From Armatimonadota bacterium (GTDB taxonomy: Bacteria > Armatimonadota > Armatimonadia > Armatimonadales > Armatimonadaceae): a DNA stretch of 18,288 nt. The translations under genes and the position numbers were made by a program. The notes beneath the pieces were generated by a model that had not been told where the DNA came from, did not search any database, and saw nothing but the letters and a program-made list of their open reading frames with translations. How positions within the stretch are numbered: position 1 is the stretch's first letter; the number at the start of each line of letters is the position of its first letter. The stretch covers positions 1-18,288 of the forward strand of contig JAYUUO010000029.1 in assembly GCA_043754515.1 (NCBI GenBank). The letters are read 5' to 3'. Below are positions 9,533-17,763 of this stretch, in pieces.

Positions 9533-9937
9533 CTACTGCCGGAGGTTTTGCAGAATCCTCTCCTCCGGGTCGCTGGGTTCCGCTTCAATCAGCCACGACG
9601 ACAAATCAACGGGTAGTTTCTGTCGCAGGCTCATCGTAAGTTCCGTGACGTTGTACTTAATGTTGTAGTAGCCCTCCGCGTCAACGTAGTAGAACTCGCC
9701 CGGTGCCTCGCCGCGTGCCGGAGTGCCATGCCCGCCCTTAATGACGAGCACCAGGCCCGCGCCGTCGAACTCGATCTTCGTGATAGTCACCAACGAATCG
9801 TTGTATGTCAGGTACACGCCGCCGAGAACAGGCACAACAGGCGTTGCGTCTTTATTCGCCTCTAGTGCTTCCAAGTTCTTGCGCAGGTGCGCGATGGCCT
9901 CTTCCATGCGGGAAGGTTGCTCGTCGAAAATATTCAT
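9533..9937 (-). CDS. Hypothetical protein (134 aa)
   Basis: ATG with upstream AAAGGGA RBS, protein-like composition, fills the space between flanking genes; no recognised motif. Confidence 0.65.
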   Translation of the reverse strand: MNIFDEQPSRMEEAIAHLRKNLEALEANKDATPVVPVLGGVYLTYNDSLVTITKIEFDGAGLVLVIKGGHGTPARGEAPGEFYYVDAEGYYNIKYNVTELTMSLRQKLPVDLSSWLIEAEPSDPEERILQNLRQ

Positions 9938-10142
9938 CGCAGATAATCCCTTTCGTTGCGGTCACTCCCAACGCTATCGCCGGTACATGCGACAGCGGAA
10001 AAGCCGGTCGTCAAGAAAACTTTCAGTCACCCCGCATCACTGCTCGCGGCTTCGGGGCAGGCCCGCTAGATGGTAATCGTACCTCCCACTTCGTTAGCAA
10101 CTTCTTCGCGCTGGACACTCTGCCGCCGACGCGGTAATACTT

Positions 10143-10167
10143 GTGATAACTACACTAATTATATCAC
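10143..10167 (-). promoter_or_regulatory. Extended -10 (TGATATAAT, minus strand) inside a GTGATA-N13-TATCAC inverted repeat
   Basis: Minus strand TGnTATAAT at 10166..10158; palindrome arms at 10143-10148 and 10162-10167 in an AT-rich intergenic patch. Confidence 0.45.
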
Positions 10168-10265
10168 CAGATAGGGTGCTTTGCCGGTAATTCGGGTGAT
10201 TCTTCGGTTGCGGTAAAATTCCCTCGGAGCCCGCTGTTGTGCGTGTCGTCATTCCTGGTGTGGCA

Positions 10266-10280
10266 TAGTTCTTGTGACTA
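10266..10280. promoter_or_regulatory. Candidate NrtR-type operator TAGT-N7-ACTA
   Basis: TAGTtcttgtgACTA lies 45 nt upstream of the ADP-ribosylglycohydrolase ATG and matches the GT-N7-AC core of NrtR sites. Confidence 0.35.
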
Positions 10281-10324
10281 CACCTATTGCGGCGTCACTA
10301 CGCTCGCGAAGGAAACCTGATCTC

Positions 10325-11452
10325 ATGTCTACTCTATCAACCGCCTCCTGCGTACGCGGCGCGCTACTCGCTCTCGCCATCGGCGACGCGCTCGGCGCGC
10401 CCGGCGAGTTTTCGGGTGCCGCTCAGGTACACGCTCGGTGGGGACGTATCACTGACTATGTGAAAAGCGGCACGTGGGACAGGGGCGAGTGGACGGACGA
10501 CACCGCGATGGCGTTGCACGTCGCGCATGGCATCACGGCGGTGAGAAACGGCGACCCGGTTCCGGCGGTCGGGGCAGGTTTTTTGCTGTGGTATCGGTCG
10601 CAACCTAAAGACGTGGGTAGCACGATTCGCGGCGTTCTCGGTGCCAAAAACGACGCAGTGACGTGGGTACGGGCGTCGCAATCGTCACCTGCGGCGCAAG
10701 AAGGCAAAGCTGGTGGCAACGGCTCGCTGATGCGTACGTTGCTGGTCGCGCTCGCCTATGTAGATGAAGCGCGGATGCTCAACGAATCCGCTCGCATTTC
10801 GGCAATGACACACTGGGATGCTCATGCCGAAGCCTGCTGCGCGGTGTACTGTCTGTGGGTGCGAAACTTACTCGCGGAGCAGGAACGCCTTCCTGCCTGG
10901 GAGACGGCGGTGGCGCGAGCGCGGGAACTCGCCCCGGCATTTCCCGGCACGGGCGAAACGCCGGGCATGGCGGCACCCGCCCCCGTGACGTACCCGCCGC
11001 TTCTGCGCGGCGGCGAGCCAGTTCCGTTCTGGCAATTCCTCGAAACGATACCATCCCGCGCCGTCGCCGATCTCCAGCCGAGTGGATACGCGGGCTACTC
11101 GGTTGAGTGCCTGGAAGCGGCAGTGGGCTATGTACTGCACGCCGAATCGCTCGAAGGGCTACTGATCGCGACGGCAAACATGGGCGGCGAGTCCGACACC
11201 GTGGGCGCGGTGGCGGGCGGCGCGGCGGGGGCGTACTGGGGCGAGGCGTCTATACCGCAGCGTTGGCTCACGGGCTTAAAGGAACGCACGGCTATCGAGG
11301 GTGCCGCCGACCTTCTGTTAGCACATCGCGCCTCGTATAGCGACAGCGACAACAACTCGGAGGCGATGCGCGAGGCGAGCGAGGCACTGTACGCGAGCGA
11401 ACCGGAGCTACCGCCGTTTGCGTACCGGGCTATTGGGGACACGCGCCTCTGA
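10325..11452 (+). CDS. ADP-ribosylglycohydrolase (DraG/ARH family); N-terminal part of an ARH-phosphatase fusion ended by TGA at 11450-11452
   Basis: GALLALAIGDALGAP, GEWTDDTAM, PKDVGST, GNGSLMR, SAMTH and GGESDTVGAVAG motifs; ATG at 10325 after AAGGAA. Confidence 0.92.
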   Translation: MSTLSTASCVRGALLALAIGDALGAPGEFSGAAQVHARWGRITDYVKSGTWDRGEWTDDTAMALHVAHGITAVRNGDPVPAVGAGFLLWYRSQPKDVGSTIRGVLGAKNDAVTWVRASQSSPAAQEGKAGGNGSLMRTLLVALAYVDEARMLNESARISAMTHWDAHAEACCAVYCLWVRNLLAEQERLPAWETAVARARELAPAFPGTGETPGMAAPAPVTYPPLLRGGEPVPFWQFLETIPSRAVADLQPSGYAGYSVECLEAAVGYVLHAESLEGLLIATANMGGESDTVGAVAGGAAGAYWGEASIPQRWLTGLKERTAIEGAADLLLAHRASYSDSDNNSEAMREASEALYASEPELPPFAYRAIGDTRL

Positions 11453-11902
11453 CACGGGCGCAACCCGCTCACCGCGTGGGACATAAAACGGCTCAAAGCG
11501 GACGGCATCACGCACGTGCTCGACCTGCGCCACCCGACCGAGTGGGGGGACGATTCCGCGTCGCTAGGGGGCGAGGCCGTCGCCGCACTTGCCTGCCCCG
11601 AGACCGAAATCATGCGCCACTACATCAATATCGCGGACACGCACGCCCCCGCGAACGCCAACCTCGACGACGCCATCGCGTTCATTGAGAACAGCCTGAG
11701 CGACTCTGACGCCCGCGTGTACGTGCATTGTCGGCTGGGGCGTGAGCGTACCGGGTCGGTGCTGGCGGCGTACTACGGCAAAACGCACGGCGTCACCGCC
11801 CGCGCCGCCGTGACGGAGCTGAACCGTCTCGGCGCGGTGATCGCCCCCAATTCCGGGCAGTTAGCGGCGGCGGAACAGTGGCTGCGTAATCGGGAGCGGT
11901 AG
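11453..11902 (+). pseudogene. Dual-specificity/tyrosine phosphatase domain, in frame with the ARH gene across a single TGA
   Basis: RAIGDTRL*HGRNPLTAWDIKRLKADGITHVLDLR...VYVHCRLGRERTG contains the CX5R catalytic loop. The domain starts before the TGA and has no convincing start or RBS of its own. Confidence 0.85.
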
Positions 11903-12390
11903 TTAAATCGGGATAGGGCGGCGCGGCGCGAACTCGAAGGCGAAGAACGCCACGAGGAGCGACAACGAGAACGCGTTTATGAATAAGTTGTCAACCCATC
12001 CTATACCCCTGGACAGATTCAGTAGGAGCTACTTGGTGCCGATGCAGATACAAATCTTCGTTATGACGACTCCGAACGCCATCGTCCACGACATCGCGTA
12101 TCGCCGGGCATGTACAACTTCGACTACTCCGCACAAGGATAAAAGGAACAGTAAGAAGAGAGCTAACATGCCCCAGAGTGGGCCATTGCCGGGTAGGGAT
12201 CGTCGCGCGATTTAAGCCACAAAGCGATCATGCCGCAGATCTGGAATAGCGTGATCGAGAATAGGTGCCAGCCGACTATGGAAGCTGGCTTCAGGGAGGC
12301 GGGTAGCCGCAGAAGCCCGGTGAGTTGGTACAGAACAAATGCAACGGCGGTACCGAGCAACATGGCGAGGATAGCGGTAGAGATAGACAT
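11903..12390 (-). pseudogene. Small multi-TM membrane protein with a frameshift (about 12165-12212) and in-frame TAG (12029-12031)
   Basis: First frame MSISTAILAMLLGTAVAFVLY...; a second frame continues GPLWGMLALFLLFLLSLCG...GTK*LLLNLSRGIGWVDNLFINAFSLSLLVAFFAFEF...PI* to TAA at 11903-11905, abutting the phosphatase stop. Confidence 0.6.
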
Positions 12391-12421
12391 GGAATAAGTT
12401 ACGATAACCGACCCACCCGTG

Positions 12422-13048
12422 TTACGGGCGCGTGCGGGGGCGCGGGAAGATGAGGCTCATGTCGAGCGAGAGACCGGGCAGTTCCGGGTCGCCGGAGACC
12501 GAGGCCGGGTTATCGAGCACTTCGGGATCGGCGGTGCCGGGGCGGTAGATGTACACGACGCGCCGCGTCCGGTCAATGAGCCAACCGAGGCGCACGCCGT
12601 TCGCTTTGTACTCGGCCATCTTCGCCTGCGTTTCCGTGAGGGAGTCGGTCGGCGACAGGATCTCGGCGGCGAAGTCGGGCGCGAACGGCACCGGCCTCTC
12701 CTGCTCCTCGTCCGAAAGCGCGTCCCAGCGGGCGTTCGTGACCCAGGCGGCGTCGGGCGAGCGCCGCGCCCCGTTCGGCAACACGAAGAGCGTGGACGAG
12801 TCGAACGCGATTCCCGTGCCGTTCCTCTCCGACCATTCATCCAGCAATCGGGACAGCTTTATATTGCTAACCCCGCTACCGCCGCCGGTGGGTGAGTACG
12901 CGATCATCTCGCCGTCCATGGTCATCTCGGTCTTGATCCCTTCGTTGCGACGGGCGAACCGCCAGAACTTCTCCGGGGTCATGTCCGGTAGGCGGAAGCG
13001 CACGGGACCGGTTGCCACGTCCGCGTCGAAGTCGAGTATGAAAGTCAT
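12422..13048 (-). CDS. Uma2 (DUF820) PD-(D/E)XK family endonuclease-like protein
   Basis: SPTGG, DSSTLFVLPNGARRSPDAAWV, PDFAAEILSPTD, KMAEYKANGVRLGWLID and ELPGLSLDM motifs. Confidence 0.93.
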   Translation of the reverse strand: MTFILDFDADVATGPVRFRLPDMTPEKFWRFARRNEGIKTEMTMDGEMIAYSPTGGGSGVSNIKLSRLLDEWSERNGTGIAFDSSTLFVLPNGARRSPDAAWVTNARWDALSDEEQERPVPFAPDFAAEILSPTDSLTETQAKMAEYKANGVRLGWLIDRTRRVVYIYRPGTADPEVLDNPASVSGDPELPGLSLDMSLIFPRPRTRP

Positions 13049-13069
13049 AGTGTGCCTAATCCCTCAGCA

Positions 13070-14716
13070 TCATTCTACCGCCTTCCAGCCAGTCTTCGGC
13101 GGGGGCGCGTACCGCTCGATCTCGCCGCGCAGTTCACTGTAGCCGTTCAACGAGGACCAGAACACCATGTGGACGCCGTTCCGCCCGGTGACGATGGTCG
13201 GCTCGCCGACCGCCGGGGGCTTGCTCGCCCACGCCCGGTAATCGGCGACGGCGAACTAGGGCAGGTATTTCTTGCCGAACGGCGTGTGGTGGGTGATCCC
13301 CATATCGTCAGTCTCGACGCGCGTTCGGAGGAAACAAACCCAGCCCCAAAGAGTGAGTAGCGCGAACAAGCTAGTCATGCCGAGGGGGAACCAGCGCTCG
13401 TCCTTCACTCCCGGATGAAGCCACTCTGCTACGCACATCACAACCAAAAACGTTACAAACAACGTCATGAAAGACAGGAACGCGGCCATGAGACGACTCT
13501 GGGCGAAGACGCGCCCGCCCATACCGACCGCGCCGCCCTGCCACGTCGCCGGGTCACTCCCGTCTGTCTTCTCGAACTCGCCCCTGACACGCCATTTCTC
13601 CGTCGGGTCGCGGGTGCCGCCTTGCTTCGGCGCATAGGCGAGTATTATGGCACTCAGTAGCTTGGCCCCGTCAATGTCTTTAGTCCAGCTGATCTGTTTC
13701 TCGTCCGCGCCGAGTAATACCAGCGTGAAAAGTCCGCCTTCCCAGTCGCGCGTTCTTTGCTTATAGAAGTAGTCGCTGACGTCGCCCCACGGGACGTCCA
13801 GCAGCTCCCCGGACGCGGCGTCTTCGTAGCGCACCGTTTCGGGTGTCGCGGTGATGCAAATGCCACGCCGCCGGTACAGCATGCCGTACCTGACGGCGAT
13901 CAGGACGAGCGGCAACAGGAGCACCGCGAAGCCCCCGAGCAACGAGTAGCGGATGCGCGCCATCTCTCCCAGGATGTCCTGACCCGCGAACCAGTTGTAC
14001 ACGTGGGAGAACCAGAAGCCAACGAGTGCCAGGAATCCGAGGTAGGCGGCGAGGTCGAAGGCGAGTTGGCGGGCGGTACCGAGCTTCCAGTAACGGAAAG
14101 CGCGGGGCCATTCGTCCACGCGCCGCGCGCCGAGCGGCAACCACTCCGAAGCTCGCGCGGAAGTCGCCCGTGCCTGCACGATGCGCCGCAAGTCGTTTAA
14201 CCGGGTGCAGTCGGCCGTAAGCCTGATCGCGCCGGACGCGGTGATGATGGTCGGCGCGTCAACAGAGCCGATGCCGTTTGCCGTGAACTGCCGTGGTGCT
14301 GTGTAGTAGTCGGAGACGTCGGCCCAGTTCGCGGAACGCCAGCCGTGTTCGATGCCGCGCCAACGGATACCTTCGCCGTCAGCCAACACGCGAGTCCGGA
14401 ACGCGTGGAGCAAGGCGTACAAGGCACCCGAAGCCACGAAACTCAGTTCAAAAAGTGCCAGGGGTATTAGCACCGTATCCGCCGGTTTACCCGCGCTTTG
14501 CGGCGCAAGAAGTACAAATTGCAGACCGAAGGCGAAAGCCAGAAGAACTATACCGAGCCAAAAGACAATCGGCTTCGGGCGGCACTCCACCATTCCTAAC
14601 CCGTCCTCGCCGACGTCCTGCTTGCGCCCCGTTTCGCTCCCCATACGATTCGGACACGCGGCGATTCGGGGCGGTTGCGTTGTGGTGGAGCGGAGAGAAG
14701 CCGGAACGGGTGCCAT
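13070..14716 (-). pseudogene. Membrane protein with three [TM-TM-bacterial PH-like] repeats, interrupted by in-frame TAG at 13256-13258 (start codon uncertain)
   Basis: Repeat motifs ADGEGI..WADVSDYY, TPETV..VPWGDVSDYF and TDDMGI..YLP*FAVADY. The frame continues about 61 codons beyond the TAG to TGA at 13070-13072, just upstream of the Uma2 start. Confidence 0.8.
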
Positions 14717-14745
14717 GCCCTGGCTCTTTTTAGACTACGTGCCGC

Positions 14746-15080
14746 CTACTGCGTCGCCCGCCAGGGCAGTAGGAACGGGGCGGTGGTGCCGTAGGTGTCG
14801 GACAGTCACACCCATTTCGCATGACCGTCTGCGTAGACCACGTTCAATGCCTGTGATGTTTCGTCTTCAATATGCACCCCGGTGTGCTGCATGCCGTCCA
14901 CCTGTCGGCACAGCCGGTGCAGATCCGTGTTCGCAGTGATCGTGATTCGCCCGCTCCCTTCGCCGTTCCCGCTGTTGTCCGTGATCGTGTTCGTGGGCGC
15001 GGTCAGGTCGAAGGGCGAGCGACCCGCCACCCCGAACGCCGCGTCGGCACCAGTGCCGAACAGCCGCGCGGTGAGTATGC
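14746..15080 (-). pseudogene. C-terminal remnant of an H-X9-DG-type (DUF1559/prepilin-associated) protein with in-frame TGA at 14806-14808
   Basis: SPFDLTAPTNTI...HIEDETSQALNVVYADGHAKWV*LSDTYGTTAPFLLPW; NxxYxDGHAKW is the hallmark motif. No prepilin N-terminus is visible; 5' boundary approximate. Confidence 0.65.
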
Positions 15081-15187
15081 GGTGCGTTGCTGATCGCTGT
15101 TGCAGACGGGCGGAAAGAAGGATTCGGCGTATCACCACGCGGATGCCCGGAATAGTGGGCCTGCCTACCGAAGTATACAGGCGGAGT

Positions 15188-15237
15188 TTCCCCCTCTCTT
15201 GACGGAGCGGGAGAGGGGGTACCCAGGGGGTGAGGGC
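15188..15237. repeat. REP-like palindromic element (CCCTCACCCC...CCCCTCTCCC...GAGAGGGG type)
   Basis: Stem CCCCCTCTC (15190-15198) / GAGAGGGGG (15211-15219) followed by GGGGGTGAGGG; resembles the dispersed intergenic 'PSPxGRG' repeats of GC-rich bacteria. Only one copy in the window. Confidence 0.6.
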
Positions 15238-15315
15238 ACGAGTGGTCGATGGGAGTAAGATCCCCAGCAAGGCAAGAAGGTGCTGAGAGGTGGTACATAT
15301 AGGCCGGAACACACG

Positions 15316-16707
15316 ATGAACGAACCGCTGCCGAACTCCCACAACAGCTGGTCGCGTCCGGTCGCCGCGCCGGTACCGCCGCCCGTCGCAACGCCTCGCG
15401 CGTACCTGACCACGCCGCCCAATAAGAGTGCCGCGAAGATTACCTACGCCATCATCGGCGGGTTCATCGCTGTCTGCATCCTCATCGGGGTCGCCTACAA
15501 CGGCTACCAGAAAGCACCGGTTGTCATCCCGACGCCCGCGCGCCCTGCCCCGCCTCCTACCGCGCGTGACGGCTTCGCCGCGCTGAAAGCGGCGGCGAAC
15601 AAGACGGATCGGGCAGACATGGTTGCCGACGCGATAGCCGCGCACCCGAAGAAATTATCCAAGCCCGGTGACCGTCAGGAGTTGGTCGCGTTTAACCAGG
15701 ACGCCTTAGACGGCGCGAAAGTTGCCCTGAAGTTGTCGTATCAGGAGCCAAATTCGGCGACCACTATGATTGCCACGTTCCCGTGGTACCCCAAGTTCCG
15801 GCATCTGGCGCGGACGCAGTCGCTCGCGGGAACGGTCGCCTGGGAGGAGCACAAGCCGCGCGAAGCCGCCGGGTACTGGCTCGACGCGGTGACCATCGGG
15901 CGGCGCATCCCGCGTCAGGTCGGGGTGATAGCCCGACTGGTCGGAATCGCTTGTGAGTCAATAGGACGTCGGCCCGCATGGGATTATCTTGAACAGATGG
16001 ATGTGAACACGGCTACGTACTGCCTAACCCGGCTGGATGCACTCGAATCGGAAAAACTACCGTTGTCAGCCACGCTCGAAGAGGAGAAGTGGTCGGCGCA
16101 GAACTGTGCCCTCGATCTGATGCAGCATCCGGGGCATTATAACGACCCTGCTGAACGGGTCGATGCGTCTGAAGAACGCAGAACAGCAAAGGTTTTTCAC
16201 ACTTACCAGAGCCTAGTCTCCCGAAAAGTCATCAACGACACGATAGGCGCGTACATGGATAAGCTTATCGCCCGGTCTAAGACACCATACATCAAAGGGA
16301 ACCATGAGATCACGCCACCGCCGGAGCTATTCACGACTATGTTCCGGATAAATCTCGCCCCAGTGCGTTGCAAATACACCTCCAATGAGGCGGGCGACGC
16401 CCTACTGCGCACTGCCCTGGCTCTTCGCGTCTACCACTTAAAGAATCACGACTACCCGGCGAACCTCGCCGCACTGGTGACGGCGAAAATATTGCCCGCC
16501 GTGCCCGATGACCCGTTCGCGCTCCCCGGCACGCCGCTCGCCTACCGACGCGCGGCAGGGGATCACTACGTGCTCTACAGCATCGGGCCGGACGGTAAAG
16601 ACGACGGCGGGCGCGGCATCGTCGTCAAGGGTAAGCATGGGAAAGAAACACGAGCCGTCAGCGAAGAAAGCAAGGGCGATATGGTTGCCGGGTGGTACCA
16701 CTACTGA
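15316..16707 (+). CDS. Membrane-anchored hypothetical protein with C-terminal GspG (T2SS pseudopilin)-like domain
   Basis: Pro-rich N-terminus, TM IIGGFIAVCILIGVAY, helical body, then ALALRVYHLKNHDYPANLAALV...VPDDPF...LAY...YVLYSIGPDGKDDGG. Confidence 0.8.
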   Translation: MNEPLPNSHNSWSRPVAAPVPPPVATPRAYLTTPPNKSAAKITYAIIGGFIAVCILIGVAYNGYQKAPVVIPTPARPAPPPTARDGFAALKAAANKTDRADMVADAIAAHPKKLSKPGDRQELVAFNQDALDGAKVALKLSYQEPNSATTMIATFPWYPKFRHLARTQSLAGTVAWEEHKPREAAGYWLDAVTIGRRIPRQVGVIARLVGIACESIGRRPAWDYLEQMDVNTATYCLTRLDALESEKLPLSATLEEEKWSAQNCALDLMQHPGHYNDPAERVDASEERRTAKVFHTYQSLVSRKVINDTIGAYMDKLIARSKTPYIKGNHEITPPPELFTTMFRINLAPVRCKYTSNEAGDALLRTALALRVYHLKNHDYPANLAALVTAKILPAVPDDPFALPGTPLAYRRAAGDHYVLYSIGPDGKDDGGRGIVVKGKHGKETRAVSEESKGDMVAGWYHY

Positions 16708-16735
16708 GTAGGTCAACGGGGACGGTACGTCCGTC

Positions 16736-16744
16736 TGGTAGAAT
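16736..16744 (+). promoter_or_regulatory. Extended -10 TGGTAGAAT 5 nt before ATG 16750 (probable leaderless transcript)
   Basis: TGnTAGAAT-acgac-ATG with no Shine-Dalgarno sequence in between. Confidence 0.5.
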
Positions 16745-16749
16745 ACGAC

Positions 16750-17568
16750 ATGGACATACCATTCCCGCTTCGTGAACTTTCCTCATGGGATGCTCTGTCA
16801 TCGGCGGAACGCGGCACTGTCGCCGCCGGGATCGCGAATTTATTACCCACGCCGTGGCATTTCCTGCGTCTGGAGACGCACTCGCAGAGCGGTGCGACGC
16901 ACGAGATCGCCTTTTTCGATCACGACGGTGTCTCGTTCGCGCTCCTGCCAGGGTCGGCTAGCGCGACGCTGGGGTACGACCGCGCGAACCCGTGGATGCC
17001 CGCGCCGGAACTGGTGCCGGATATCCAGGCAACCAATTCGGAATGGGGATACGGGCTTCTCGATTGGGGGATGACGCCGCTCCGCCAGGTTTTGATCGAG
17101 CCGTTCCTGGTGGAAACGTGCCCTACTCAAGCCATGTGGGTCGAGGAGCGCGATGAGTCCGATTCCCCTGAGGCGGCTGATATTGCCGCGACATACCGCC
17201 GCGGCCCGTTCCGTCTGCCAACCTCGAACGAGTGGGAATATGCCTGCGCCGCCGGAACGCGGACGCGATGGCGTTGGGGCGACACCGTACCCCTGGTAGG
17301 CTCTTACCATGTAAAGGAGTGGGATTTACACCGACAGCGGAACGCGTTCGGGTTGGCGATTAACGACGACACCTATCGGACGGAATTGTGTGACGAGGGC
17401 GCGGTGCGTGCGGGCGATGGGGGTAGCGCGGTTTGCGGCGGCTACGGGATCGTCGCAGGTTGGGTCCCGCTCGCCTCCGCCTACAAAGAGAGCGACGAAG
17501 TTGTCGCCGATTCCATCGTCGAATACGGCGAGCAGATGCGCGTCCGGCACGTGTGGCATTTGATGTGA
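16750..17568 (+). CDS. Formylglycine-generating enzyme (FGE/SUMF1)-like domain protein, divergent
   Basis: FALLPG..ATLGYD, FRLPTSNEWEYACAAGTRTRWRWGD and NAFGL motifs. Confidence 0.8.
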   Translation: MDIPFPLRELSSWDALSSAERGTVAAGIANLLPTPWHFLRLETHSQSGATHEIAFFDHDGVSFALLPGSASATLGYDRANPWMPAPELVPDIQATNSEWGYGLLDWGMTPLRQVLIEPFLVETCPTQAMWVEERDESDSPEAADIAATYRRGPFRLPTSNEWEYACAAGTRTRWRWGDTVPLVGSYHVKEWDLHRQRNAFGLAINDDTYRTELCDEGAVRAGDGGSAVCGGYGIVAGWVPLASAYKESDEVVADSIVEYGEQMRVRHVWHLM

Positions 17569-17580
17569 CGCGCCTGGTTT

Positions 17581-17600
17581 GCCCCGCTTCGTCGCGGGGC
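17581..17600. terminator. GC-rich hairpin after the FGE-like gene (possible terminator)
   Basis: GCCCCGC-ttcgtc-GCGGGGC, 12 nt after the stop; no clear U tract on the + strand. Confidence 0.4.
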
Positions 17601-17763
17601 GTTCGATCCATGCAACTATAACACTGCTCTGTGCAACGTGTAACACTGCCTCGCCCGGATACGCACGCTCACGCTCATGGCTCCGGCGCGGGAACGGTGG
17701 CGGGGACGAGTTTGCCCGCCGTATCCGGGGCGATGGTAACGAGTCGTGTTGAGATCAGACAGC

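Noticed and set aside
10023..10118. 31-codon minus-strand ORF MSSAKKLLTKWEV..., faintly like a HicA N-terminus
   Set aside because: Too short, weak RBS, and no downstream HicA motif or HicB partner.
11450..11500. TGA as selenocysteine with a downstream SECIS
   Set aside because: The position matches an aromatic beta-strand residue, not the catalytic Cys. The only nearby hairpin (CGGG-cgcaa-CCCG) is very short and too close to the UGA.
12422..13048. Uma2 nuclease as a defence or mobile system
   Set aside because: A common multi-copy stand-alone family; no methylase, transposase or terminal repeats nearby.
15081..15645. ORF 14806..15645 as a full 279-aa gene
   Set aside because: The 5' half is antisense to the GspG-like gene and crosses the REP-like element; only the 3' part looks coding.
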